From the NCBI GenBank assembly GCA_026996605.1, contig JALWLE010000141.1:3086-67085 (forward strand): a stretch of DNA of 64,000 nucleotides, written 5' to 3'. This DNA comes from Flavobacteriales bacterium. Lineage in GTDB: Bacteria; Bacteroidota; Bacteroidia; Flavobacteriales; Flavobacteriaceae. Shown here one piece after another: positions 55,341-63,930 of this stretch. Under the pieces are notes generated by a model. It had not been told where the DNA came from. It did not search any database and saw only the letters and a program-made list of their open reading frames with translations. The position numbers and the translations under genes were made by a program. Within the stretch, counting starts at the first letter, position 1. The number at the start of each line of letters is the position of its first letter.

Positions 55341-57074
55341 CTATTCTTCATAATCATACTTTTCCCACTTGCGTTTGCGGTATATTTCACGTCTGTTACG
55401 ATACAGATTTTCAAAAGTTTCCACACCGGTATCCGGTATTTTGTGGACAAAACAAAACCGTTTCCGGTTGTATTGCCAATTGTCTTCAAAGAAATTGCGG
55501 TGCATTTGTGCCAGTTCTTCTTTACGGTAACGTTCCAAGGGCTTGTTACGCTCATCTTTCATACGTTGAAAACGCTTGGCTTTCAACAGTTTGTCAAAAT
55601 ATTTCAGGTTTTTAACTTCGTTGGCTTTATCTTTGACATAGCTCATAAATTCGACAGGTGTTTGTCCGTAATAGCCGTCAATCATACCAATTTCAAAAGC
55701 AATTTGCACACCCCAAGGTAAGCAATCATTTGTAAAGCGTTCGGCTTTGTCAAATCCGATACGTTTGGGCAACAAGTAAGTCCAATATTCTGACCCGTAA
55801 AGTCCCATATTTTTGGTATGCGGATTTAAAACGATACCTTCACGGCACAATACTTTATCGGCAGCTAGTGCCAGAGAAACGCCGCCGGCGCCGGCATTGC
55901 CTTGTAAGGCGGAAATAATATAATGATCGGTTGATAAAATCAATTCCAAAATCAAATCGTCTATGGCTTGAATGTTTTCCCAAGAAGTTTGTGCGGGATT
56001 TTCCGAATGTTCAATAACGTTTAAGTGTATGCCGTTAGACCACAAATCCCTACCACCGGTTAATACGATGATTTGCGTTTGTTCTTTGAGTTCTTTCAGC
56101 GCTTCTGTCAACCGGCGACAGCGGTAAGTATCCATAGCACCATTATAAAAATCAAAATGCAGGTAACCGATATCATTTTCAATTTCGTAATAAATTTCTT
56201 GACGGGTAGGGTAATCCGCTTTATAAAATCCAATTATGGAATTTGAAATATTATCGGCTTTTGGGCCTAGACAGATAGTTGCCGGTAATTTGATTTGTTC
56301 TTTACCTTCTTTTTTGAGTTGCGCCAACCAAACAGCACCGTCTTTGCAGGCAATACATACGGCTTGTTCGCGTTGTGCTAAAATTTCGCCGGGTTGTCCT
56401 GTGAGTTTAGCTTCGTAAGTGGCACCATAGCAAAAATAATTTTCACCGAATAGCTCAATTTTTACGCCCGGTGTACTATCGGCTGCATTAATTTTTTTGA
56501 TGATGTCTTTGGCGGGTTCATTCCATGAAAAGGCGTAATCTTCTTGACGGGTCTTTCTGTTCCAAGTGCCTTTGATGTCGGGTGAGCCGGTCTGAGTAGT
56601 TTCGGGAATAAAATTTCCGGATTGATATTTTTCAACAGCTTCAAGTATGCCTTTGGCGGCAGCTTGGGTAACTTCACATCGGTATAGTTCGCTTTTACTT
56701 GCCGGTCGCATTGCAAATTCGTGACTTGCCCACACCGGACCGGCATCCATTTTTTCTACGGCTTGCAAAATCGTAACGCCCCATTGTTTGCAATCCCTTA
56801 AAATAGCCCAATCCAAAGACGATGCTCCACGGTCGCCTTTGACCCCCGGATGAACTATCAGACAAACGTGGTTTTGCCAAATTTCGGTCGGTATTTTACG
56901 GGTTAAGTATGGCGCAATGATTAAATCGGGCTGGTAATCATCAATTTTATCAAATAACTGTTTTTCATAACCGGTATAAACCAAAACTTGAACGTCGTGG
57001 TTCAGACGGTCCAGTTCAATCCACAAACGCTGCGACATACCGTTAAAAGCATCAGTGATAAATAAGATTTTCAT
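55341..57074 (-). CDS. hypX: Hydrogenase maturation factor HypX/HoxX (formyltransferase-like N-domain plus crotonase-like C-domain)
   Basis: N-terminal MKILFITDAFNGMSQR...HPG..GDRG formyl-transferase fold. C-terminal enoyl-CoA hydratase-like GNAGAGGV segment. Overlaps the hypD stop. Confidence 0.8.
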   Translation of the reverse strand: MKILFITDAFNGMSQRLWIELDRLNHDVQVLVYTGYEKQLFDKIDDYQPDLIIAPYLTRKIPTEIWQNHVCLIVHPGVKGDRGASSLDWAILRDCKQWGVTILQAVEKMDAGPVWASHEFAMRPASKSELYRCEVTQAAAKGILEAVEKYQSGNFIPETTQTGSPDIKGTWNRKTRQEDYAFSWNEPAKDIIKKINAADSTPGVKIELFGENYFCYGATYEAKLTGQPGEILAQREQAVCIACKDGAVWLAQLKKEGKEQIKLPATICLGPKADNISNSIIGFYKADYPTRQEIYYEIENDIGYLHFDFYNGAMDTYRCRRLTEALKELKEQTQIIVLTGGRDLWSNGIHLNVIEHSENPAQTSWENIQAIDDLILELILSTDHYIISALQGNAGAGGVSLALAADKVLCREGIVLNPHTKNMGLYGSEYWTYLLPKRIGFDKAERFTNDCLPWGVQIAFEIGMIDGYYGQTPVEFMSYVKDKANEVKNLKYFDKLLKAKRFQRMKDERNKPLERYRKEELAQMHRNFFEDNWQYNRKRFCFVHKIPDTGVETFENLYRNRREIYRKRKWEKYDYEE

Positions 57075-58174
57075 TTTTTTGGACTACTAAAAACATTTGA
57101 ATAATGGTAATAAGCCGCACAAGCGCCTTCACTACTGACCATTGGGGCACCCAAAGGATTTTCGGGTGTACATTTTTTGCCAAATGCCGGACATTGGAAG
57201 GGTTTGATGATACCTTTCATTATTTCGCCCGCTAAACATTCGGGATTTTCTTTGACTTCTTCAAGTTGTATATCAAATTTTTTAATGGCATCGAATTCTG
57301 CATATTCGTCTTTGATTCTGTAACCGCTATTAGGGATATTTTCCATACCGCGCCAAACCCTGTCAGATATTTCAAATACTTGAAAAATAACGTCTTGTGC
57401 GGGTTGATTGCCTTCTTCGGTTACATAGCGGGTATATTGATTTTCCACTTCATAACGACCTTCTTCCAATTGCTTAACAACCATTAAAATACCTTGTAAA
57501 ATATCAACAGGTTCAAATCCGGTAACGACAATGGGAATTTTGAATTTTTCGACCAAAGGATAATATTCCCAATAACCCATAATGGTGCAGACATGTCCGG
57601 CGGCTAAAAATCCGTCAATATGCGCATCGACATCTTCCATAATGTTTTCAATGGCAGGCGGTACTAAAACGTGAGACGTCAGGATAGAATAATTTTTTAA
57701 GCCGAGTTTTTTGGTATGGATAACTGACAAAGCATTTGCCGGTGCGGTGGTTTCAAAGCCAACAGCAAAAAAGACCACTTCTTTATCAGGATTTTGTTGG
57801 GCTATTTGTACGGCTTCGAGTGGTGAATATAATATTCTGATATCGGCACCTTGTGCTTTGGCTTCTAGCAAACTTTCTTTGGAGCCGGGTACTCGTAGCA
57901 TGTCGCCAAAACTACATAAAATAACACCTTTTTCTTTGGCAAGATAAATGGCTTTGTCTATGAGATGTAAAGGCGTAACACAAACCGGACAGCCGGGACC
58001 ATGCACCATGGTGATTTCTTTGGGTAATACGTCTAAAATGCCGTTTTTGACTAACGAATGGGTTTGTCCGCCACAAACTTCCATGATAGTCCAAGGTTTA
58101 GTAACCGTTTTTTTGATTTCTTCCAGTATTTTTTTGGCTAATTCCGGATTTCTGTAATCTGTTAAGTACTTCAT
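57071..58174 (-). CDS. hypD: Hydrogenase maturation protein HypD
   Basis: MEVCGGQTH, GPGCPVCV, FFAVGFETT and C-terminal CxxxxxxxPxGxxMVSxEGxC motifs. Confidence 0.9.
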   Translation of the reverse strand: MKYLTDYRNPELAKKILEEIKKTVTKPWTIMEVCGGQTHSLVKNGILDVLPKEITMVHGPGCPVCVTPLHLIDKAIYLAKEKGVILCSFGDMLRVPGSKESLLEAKAQGADIRILYSPLEAVQIAQQNPDKEVVFFAVGFETTAPANALSVIHTKKLGLKNYSILTSHVLVPPAIENIMEDVDAHIDGFLAAGHVCTIMGYWEYYPLVEKFKIPIVVTGFEPVDILQGILMVVKQLEEGRYEVENQYTRYVTEEGNQPAQDVIFQVFEISDRVWRGMENIPNSGYRIKDEYAEFDAIKKFDIQLEEVKENPECLAGEIMKGIIKPFQCPAFGKKCTPENPLGAPMVSSEGACAAYYHYSNVFSSPKK

Positions 58175-58470
58175 TTGTTCAACTCTTGATATCGTTTTCC
58201 GAATTGTTCTATTTTTTTGGGTGTAAAGTCTTTTAAGATGTCCAAAAGAATTTTTTGCGGGTCGGTTGCTTTATTATTAATTCTTTTTATAAAGGTATTG
58301 AAAATATACCAAAATTCATCATCGGTTAAGTCGGCATCCAAATCAGTTTTTTCTTCCGCTTTGTTTTGAACGGCTTTATTTTGTTCTTTGTGAGCGGATT
58401 TGTTTTTTAGTTCCCGCTCACGAGCCAAACCGGCGGCACGCCGTTCAAAAAATTCTCGTATTTTACTCAT
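58171..58470 (-). CDS. Uncharacterised 99-aa protein translationally coupled between hyaD and hypD
   Basis: 4-nt overlaps at both ends. Lys/Glu-rich N-half. C-half DDEFWYIFNTFIKR...ILLDILKDFTPKKIEQF. Not HypC-like (no MC...PG N-terminus). Confidence 0.5.
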   Translation of the reverse strand: MSKIREFFERRAAGLARERELKNKSAHKEQNKAVQNKAEEKTDLDADLTDDEFWYIFNTFIKRINNKATDPQKILLDILKDFTPKKIEQFGKRYQELNK

Positions 58471-58985
58471 TTTGATTGAATTTTTTCTGCCAATTCCAAT
58501 ATGGTTTTAACCGCTTCGGGGACACATTTTTCTATTTCAGGAGTCATACCTACAACCATTGGTTGGATACCTTTAACGGAAATAGTAACCAGATGAATTT
58601 CAGGGAGATTATCTTGAAGATAAAGTGCTTCAATCATATCACGTAAACCCACATCATGAACGCTTAATGCAGTAGGGTAATCGGCTGCAAAGCGCGGTTT
58701 TATAACTGAAATAGTTCCTGCCGGTTTGCCGTCCATTGTGGCATCAACCAAAATAATTCTACCGTACTCATCAAATACGTTCATTAAAAAAAAACCGCCT
58801 GTTCCACCGTCTAAAACATCAATATAATCAGGTAATTTAGTTTTTTCCAATCGGTGGGCAATATGTACCCCGACACCTTCATCTCCCATCAAATAATTGC
58901 CTATGCCAAGTACCAGTGTTTTTCCTTTTTTATCGGCAAATAAATCTGTAAAACCTTCTTTTTGTGCAATATTTTTTTCTTCCAT
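58467..58985 (-). CDS. hyaD: Hydrogenase maturation endopeptidase (HyaD/HybD family)
   Basis: LVLGIGNYLMGDEGVG...DGGT...ILVDA...SVHD motifs (Ni-binding E, D, H). Confidence 0.85.
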   Translation of the reverse strand: MEEKNIAQKEGFTDLFADKKGKTLVLGIGNYLMGDEGVGVHIAHRLEKTKLPDYIDVLDGGTGGFFLMNVFDEYGRIILVDATMDGKPAGTISVIKPRFAADYPTALSVHDVGLRDMIEALYLQDNLPEIHLVTISVKGIQPMVVGMTPEIEKCVPEAVKTILELAEKIQSK

Positions 58986-59002
58986 TTTTTATTAATTAAA
59001 AA

Positions 59003-59029
59003 GTACCTTTACGCTCAAAGTAAAGGTAC
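59003..59029 (-). other. Stem-loop between hyaC and hyaD
   Basis: gtacctttac-gctcaaa-gtaaaggtac, a perfect 10-bp stem. Confidence 0.6.
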
Positions 59030-59055
59030 ATTAATTTTGATATATCAAGCCAAAC

Positions 59056-59742
59056 TTATTTATTTGGTTCAAATTTGTGTCCGTTTATCATTGAAGATAC
59101 TTCTCCGTCTTTATCTTTGACATCATGAAATATCACAAAGTAAATATGAATAAAAATCAAAAATAACATTAACCACATTGTGATGTGATGAATTAATCGG
59201 GCTGTAAAATCACCCCCAAGATAGACAGGAACCCAACTAAATAATTTTGGTAGCCACCACGAAGTGTTCTGAGCATAAAGTCCGAAACCGGTAAAAACCA
59301 TGATTAATGCCAGAATAAACATTATTAGATATGTAAATGATGCTAAACTGTTGTGTCCAACTTTAATATGTAATAGTTTGGATTTTTTTTCATTATAGGG
59401 CAAAAGAAACACATCGTGCTTAATAACATAAAACAAATTACTAAACCATTTTTTTGTAAAAGGCACAAAGGATTTCCAATGAGCAAACTTATTACCGACA
59501 AAAGCCCAGTATATACGTAACAACATAGCTGCTACAAAAAAATAAGCGGCTATAAAGTGCGTTACGCGAACATATCCCATATAGTAAGTTTCATAAGCTT
59601 CGTGATTGCTCTGTAATGCAGGCGGATCGGCTATAATAATTCCGGTTATAGCCAATACGACTATGGAAAAAGCATTTACCCAATGAAAAATCCTAACCGG
59701 TAATTGCCAGACATATATACGTTTAAATTCTTTTTCTTTCAT
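59056..59742 (-). CDS. hyaC: Ni/Fe-hydrogenase b-type cytochrome subunit
   Basis: RIYVWQLPVRIFHW N-terminus. 4 TM with conserved His. Confidence 0.8.
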   Translation of the reverse strand: MKEKEFKRIYVWQLPVRIFHWVNAFSIVVLAITGIIIADPPALQSNHEAYETYYMGYVRVTHFIAAYFFVAAMLLRIYWAFVGNKFAHWKSFVPFTKKWFSNLFYVIKHDVFLLPYNEKKSKLLHIKVGHNSLASFTYLIMFILALIMVFTGFGLYAQNTSWWLPKLFSWVPVYLGGDFTARLIHHITMWLMLFLIFIHIYFVIFHDVKDKDGEVSSMINGHKFEPNK

Positions 59743-59761
59743 AATAAATTAATTTTAAAAT

Positions 59762-59795
59762 TCCGGCGAAATTTATTGGCAAAAATTTCGCCGGA
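59762..59795 (-). other. Strong stem-loop between hyaB and hyaC
   Basis: tccggcgaaattt-attggcaa-aaatttcgccgga, a perfect 13-bp stem followed (on the minus strand) by an A/U-rich run. Confidence 0.6.
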
Positions 59796-59801
59796 TTAAA
59801 A

Positions 59802-61529
59802 TTATACTGTACAAACCGAAACGGTATTAACACCGGTTATATGTTTACCATGTTCGTCATACAAATGAACGGAACATGCAATACAAGGATCAAACGAATG
59901 AATGGTTCTTATGATTTCCAAAGGTAATTTTTCATCTGCTACCGGAGTATCAAGCAATGTTGATTCATAGGCGGATCGTTGCCCTTTGGGATCTCTTGGC
60001 GAAGCATTCCAAGTTGAAGGAACCACTTGTTGATAATTGGCTACTTTTTTATCTTTTATGACAATCCAGTGTGCCAGAGCACCACGTGGTGCTTCCATAA
60101 ATCCGACTCCTTTGGCTTCCTTAGGCCATTTATCTGGATCACGCATTTCTGACGATGCCATTCGGGTATCACCGTTCTTGATATTTTCCATCAATCTGTT
60201 ATAGAATTCAATTCCCCAGCCGGCAGCTTGTTTGGCACAGAGTGCTCTTGCAGCAGTTCTACCAAGTGTTGAGAACATGGCATCAATTGGTACATCTAGA
60301 TAAGAAAGAACCGCATTGACTTGTTCTTGGGTTTCTTTATCACCGCGAGCATAGTTGACCAAAATTCGAGCCAATGGTCCTACTTCCATAGGTTTGCCAC
60401 GCCAACGAGGTGTTTTGATGAAGCTGTATTTTTCATTTATGTTCAGATGTTTGTATGGAGGTTTTGGTCCTGAATATTTGATGTTGGTTTCACCTTTCCA
60501 AGGATGTTTACCTTTGTCGTCTCCGTCTGAATAATTATACCATGAATTATTAATAAATTCTTGAATATCTTCGTTGCGGTGGTTAACATCATAAACTTTG
60601 GATAAATCGCGGTTTAAAATAACACCTTGTTGGTATTTGAATTCTTTACCGTTATAGCCGTTAACGGGGAATTCTCCATAACTCATATAGTTACCGAATC
60701 CTTTACCGATCGCTCCCCAATCTTTATAGAATGATGCGATAGCCAATAAATCAGGAACATATACTTGTTCTACAAATTGTTTACCTTCTTCAAGTAATCG
60801 GCCTACATAAGCCAATCTTTCGGCATTAAGTCCACCAATATGATCTTCGCTGATGGCACATGCCATACCACCTACCAAATAATTGGGGTGTGGATTTTTA
60901 CCACCGAATATGGTGTGCACCTTAACGATTTCTTTTTGCCATTCTAATGCTTCCAGATAATGAGCCACAGCCATTAAGTTAGCTTCGGGCGGTAATTTCA
61001 TTTGAGGGTGTCCCCAATAACCGTTTGCAAAAATGCCAAGTTGTCCGCTTTCTACAAATCTTGTTAAACGTTTTTGAATATCTGAAAAATATCCGGGCGA
61101 ACTTTTTGGCCAACTGGAAATACTTTGAGCTAATTTCGAGGTTTGATTCGGGTCGGCTTTCAAAGCACTGACGACGTCCACCCAATCTAATGCGTGTAAA
61201 TGATAGAAATGTACTACATGATCATGCATGTATAAGGCGGCAGCCATGATATTTCTTACTAAATCTGCATTAGGGGGTATAACAATTCTTAGAGCATCTT
61301 CAACTGCTCGCACTGAAGTTAATGCATGTGCTGTTGTACAAACCCCACAAGTTCTTTGTACAAACGCCCAAACATCTCTCGGATCTCTTCCTTTAACCAC
61401 ATTTTCCAATCCACGAACCATTGTGCTAGAGCTCCAAGCATCTACAATTTTACCGTCTTTAACTTCGGCTTCAATTCTTAAATGACCTTCAATCCGCGTT
61501 ACCGGATCTACTACTATTCTTTCAGCCAT
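59802..61529 (-). CDS. hyaB: [NiFe] uptake hydrogenase large subunit, group 1 (membrane-bound, respiratory)
   Basis: N-terminal RIEGH...RTCGVCTTAH (L1). C-terminal DPCIACSVH followed by a 20-aa cleavable extension. Confidence 0.95.
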   Translation of the reverse strand: MAERIVVDPVTRIEGHLRIEAEVKDGKIVDAWSSSTMVRGLENVVKGRDPRDVWAFVQRTCGVCTTAHALTSVRAVEDALRIVIPPNADLVRNIMAAALYMHDHVVHFYHLHALDWVDVVSALKADPNQTSKLAQSISSWPKSSPGYFSDIQKRLTRFVESGQLGIFANGYWGHPQMKLPPEANLMAVAHYLEALEWQKEIVKVHTIFGGKNPHPNYLVGGMACAISEDHIGGLNAERLAYVGRLLEEGKQFVEQVYVPDLLAIASFYKDWGAIGKGFGNYMSYGEFPVNGYNGKEFKYQQGVILNRDLSKVYDVNHRNEDIQEFINNSWYNYSDGDDKGKHPWKGETNIKYSGPKPPYKHLNINEKYSFIKTPRWRGKPMEVGPLARILVNYARGDKETQEQVNAVLSYLDVPIDAMFSTLGRTAARALCAKQAAGWGIEFYNRLMENIKNGDTRMASSEMRDPDKWPKEAKGVGFMEAPRGALAHWIVIKDKKVANYQQVVPSTWNASPRDPKGQRSAYESTLLDTPVADEKLPLEIIRTIHSFDPCIACSVHLYDEHGKHITGVNTVSVCTV

Positions 61530-61544
61530 AATATGATAGTTTTA

Positions 61545-62627
61545 TTAGTTTTCTGATTTTTTTAGTTTACTTTTAATAGTGCTGGCAATAGCATGCGCAC
61601 CGATACCTACGGCAATTGCGCCTGTTACTGCTTTACCTATACTGTCTGCAGTATGTTCAATGCCAAAACCGGGAACTGCGGTTAATCTTTCGTAGATTGG
61701 TCCATTGTCCCAGAAATTGTCTTCACTACAACCGAAACAACCGTGACCGGACTGAATCGGGAAACTAACTCCATTATTCCATTTTATGGTGCCACAAGCA
61801 TTGTATGTCATAGGGCCTTTACAACCTACTTTGTATAAACAATAGCCTTTTTTGGCGTTTTCATCATCAAATGATTCTACAAACAAACCGGCATCATAAT
61901 AAGCCCTTCTGTAGCAGCTATCGTGTACGCGTTTAGCATAAAAAGCTTTGGGTCTTTTGGCACCGTCAAGCTCGGGCAATCTTCCAAATGCCACAACGTG
62001 AACTATGACACCTGCCATAACTTCACCTATAGGGGGACATCCCGGAACTCTAATGAGCGGTTTGTCTGAAACTAATTTATGAATAGGCGTAGCATCAGTT
62101 GGATTGGGTTTTGCCGATTGGACACAACCATTGGAAGCACAACTACCCCAAGCTATAATGGCTTTGGCACCTTCGGCGGCTTCTTTAAATTGTTCTATGG
62201 CTGTTTTTCCGGCAATACAACAATAATTACCGTCGTCACCAAGTGGAATGGAGCCTTCTACACACAAAATATATTCGCCATGATATTTTTTCATAGTATC
62301 GTGTTTGGCAGCTTCTGCTTGTTCACCGGCGGCAGCCATTAAAGTTTCGGTATAGTCTAGTGAAATTTTATCCAGAATGATGTCTGCTACAATAGGGTGG
62401 TCGGAACGGATAAAAGACTCACTGCAACAGGTACACTCTTGATAATGTTCCCAAATCACCGGTAAACGCGGTGTTTTTTCCAAGGCATGCGCAATCTGAC
62501 CGACTGCGGAGTTCTCCAAGCCCATATATGCAGCCATATATGTGGCAAATTTCATGAAATCCCGGCGGGTATAGCCCATTTTTAAGATGGATTCCAAATA
62601 AGTTTCTCGCTTAGAAGTTACTGCCAT
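61545..62627 (-). CDS. hyaA: [NiFe] uptake hydrogenase small subunit with Tat signal and C-terminal membrane anchor
   Basis: TRRDFMKF twin-arginine motif. ECTCCSESFIRS and AWGSCASNGCVQSAKPNPT. Distal-cluster motifs. Strong resemblance to E. coli HyaA as recalled. Confidence 0.95.
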   Translation of the reverse strand: MAVTSKRETYLESILKMGYTRRDFMKFATYMAAYMGLENSAVGQIAHALEKTPRLPVIWEHYQECTCCSESFIRSDHPIVADIILDKISLDYTETLMAAAGEQAEAAKHDTMKKYHGEYILCVEGSIPLGDDGNYCCIAGKTAIEQFKEAAEGAKAIIAWGSCASNGCVQSAKPNPTDATPIHKLVSDKPLIRVPGCPPIGEVMAGVIVHVVAFGRLPELDGAKRPKAFYAKRVHDSCYRRAYYDAGLFVESFDDENAKKGYCLYKVGCKGPMTYNACGTIKWNNGVSFPIQSGHGCFGCSEDNFWDNGPIYERLTAVPGFGIEHTADSIGKAVTGAIAVGIGAHAIASTIKSKLKKSEN

Positions 62628-62708
62628 AATAAAAATTGTTTTATATTTGCAACAAATGTAACAAAAAAAAATTATTGTAACAAATATTACAAAGAAAAAT
62701 CAGATATA
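62628..62708. promoter_or_regulatory. Divergent hyaA / hypA control region
   Basis: Candidate -7 boxes TAnnTTTG on plus (tatatttg, 62642-62649) and on minus (caaatgta, 62653-62660). Three TG(C/T)AACAAA repeats at 62648-62656, 62657-62665 and 62676-62684. Confidence 0.3.
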
Positions 62709-63053
62709 ATGCATGAAATGTCGATAGCTTTGGGGATCGTGCAATTAGCAGAAAAGAAAGCAAAGGAATCTAATGCTCGGTATATCAGTAAGATAAATAT
62801 TCAGATAGGAACTTTGTCAGGTATTGAGATTGATTCGTTTGAATTTGCTTGGCCATTAGCTGTAAAGGAAACATTGTTAGAAAAAGCAGTAAAAATTTTA
62901 GATGTTGTGCCAGCCAAAGCCAAATGTTCCGATTGTAATCATGATTTTGATATACATAATATTTATGATGCTTGTCCTAAATGTGGTAGTTATTTTAAAC
63001 ATATATATCAAGGTAAAGAATTGAAAGTGAAATATATTGAAATAGAAAAATAA
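62709..63053 (+). CDS. hypA: Hydrogenase nickel-insertion protein HypA
   Basis: MHE N-terminus. CSDC...CPKCG zinc site. Confidence 0.9.
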   Translation: MHEMSIALGIVQLAEKKAKESNARYISKINIQIGTLSGIEIDSFEFAWPLAVKETLLEKAVKILDVVPAKAKCSDCNHDFDIHNIYDACPKCGSYFKHIYQGKELKVKYIEIEK

Positions 63054-63069
63054 TATAAAACAATTAATT

Positions 63070-63870
63070 ATGTGTACAACTTGCGGATGTAGTTCGACAG
63101 ATCAAATCAGTATTCAAAAACCCGGTGATATTATTCGTGAGCACAATCATGAACATGATTCGCATCACCACCATCATAATCATTCACACGGTCATGATGC
63201 GCATCATCACCATCATCATCATGGTGAAAGGACTATAATCGATATAGAACAAGATATTTTGCAAGCCAATCAGTTGTTGGCGGAACGGAATAGGGGATAT
63301 TTTATGGCAAAAAATATTTTTGCAGTCAATTTGGTGAGTTCACCCGGTTCAGGCAAAACGACTTTGTTAGAAAAAACACTGGCAGATAATAAAGATAAAA
63401 AGAAGTTTTACGTTATTGAAGGCGATCAACAAACCATGAATGATGCCGACCGGATAGATGCTTTAAATATACCCGTAGTGCAAATCAATACCGGAAAAGC
63501 TTGTCATTTAGACAGCGATATGGTCAATCAGGCAATTGCCAAACTAAATCCGGAACCTGATTCTATTGTGATTATTGAAAATGTTGGAAATTTAGTTTGT
63601 CCGTCTGCTTTTGATTTGGGTGAGAATATCCGTGTAGTTATCATTAGCACAACCGAAGGCGATGATAAGCCCATCAAATATCCGGACATGTTTGAAGGTT
63701 CTGATGTTTGTATCATTAATAAAATTGATTTACTACCTTATGTAAACTTTGATGTAGAAAAAGTCAAGGATTATGCCAGACAAGTCAACCCGAATTTGAT
63801 ATTTTTTGAAGTCTCTGCCACCACCGGAGAAGGAATGAATGAATGGTATGAGTGGTTGTTGAGTCGTTAG
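63070..63870 (+). CDS. hypB: Hydrogenase nickel-incorporation GTPase HypB with His-rich N-terminal region
   Basis: MCTTCGC high-affinity Ni motif. HNHEHDSHHHHHNHSHGHDAHHHHHHH tract. GSGKTTLL P-loop. ENVGNLVCP and NKIDL motifs. Confidence 0.9.
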   Translation: MCTTCGCSSTDQISIQKPGDIIREHNHEHDSHHHHHNHSHGHDAHHHHHHHGERTIIDIEQDILQANQLLAERNRGYFMAKNIFAVNLVSSPGSGKTTLLEKTLADNKDKKKFYVIEGDQQTMNDADRIDALNIPVVQINTGKACHLDSDMVNQAIAKLNPEPDSIVIIENVGNLVCPSAFDLGENIRVVIISTTEGDDKPIKYPDMFEGSDVCIINKIDLLPYVNFDVEKVKDYARQVNPNLIFFEVSATTGEGMNEWYEWLLSR

Positions 63871-63930
63871 GAATTGATGAGATGATGAATTGATGAAAAA
63901 TTTCGACTTAAAAAAAATTTCTCAATTTCT

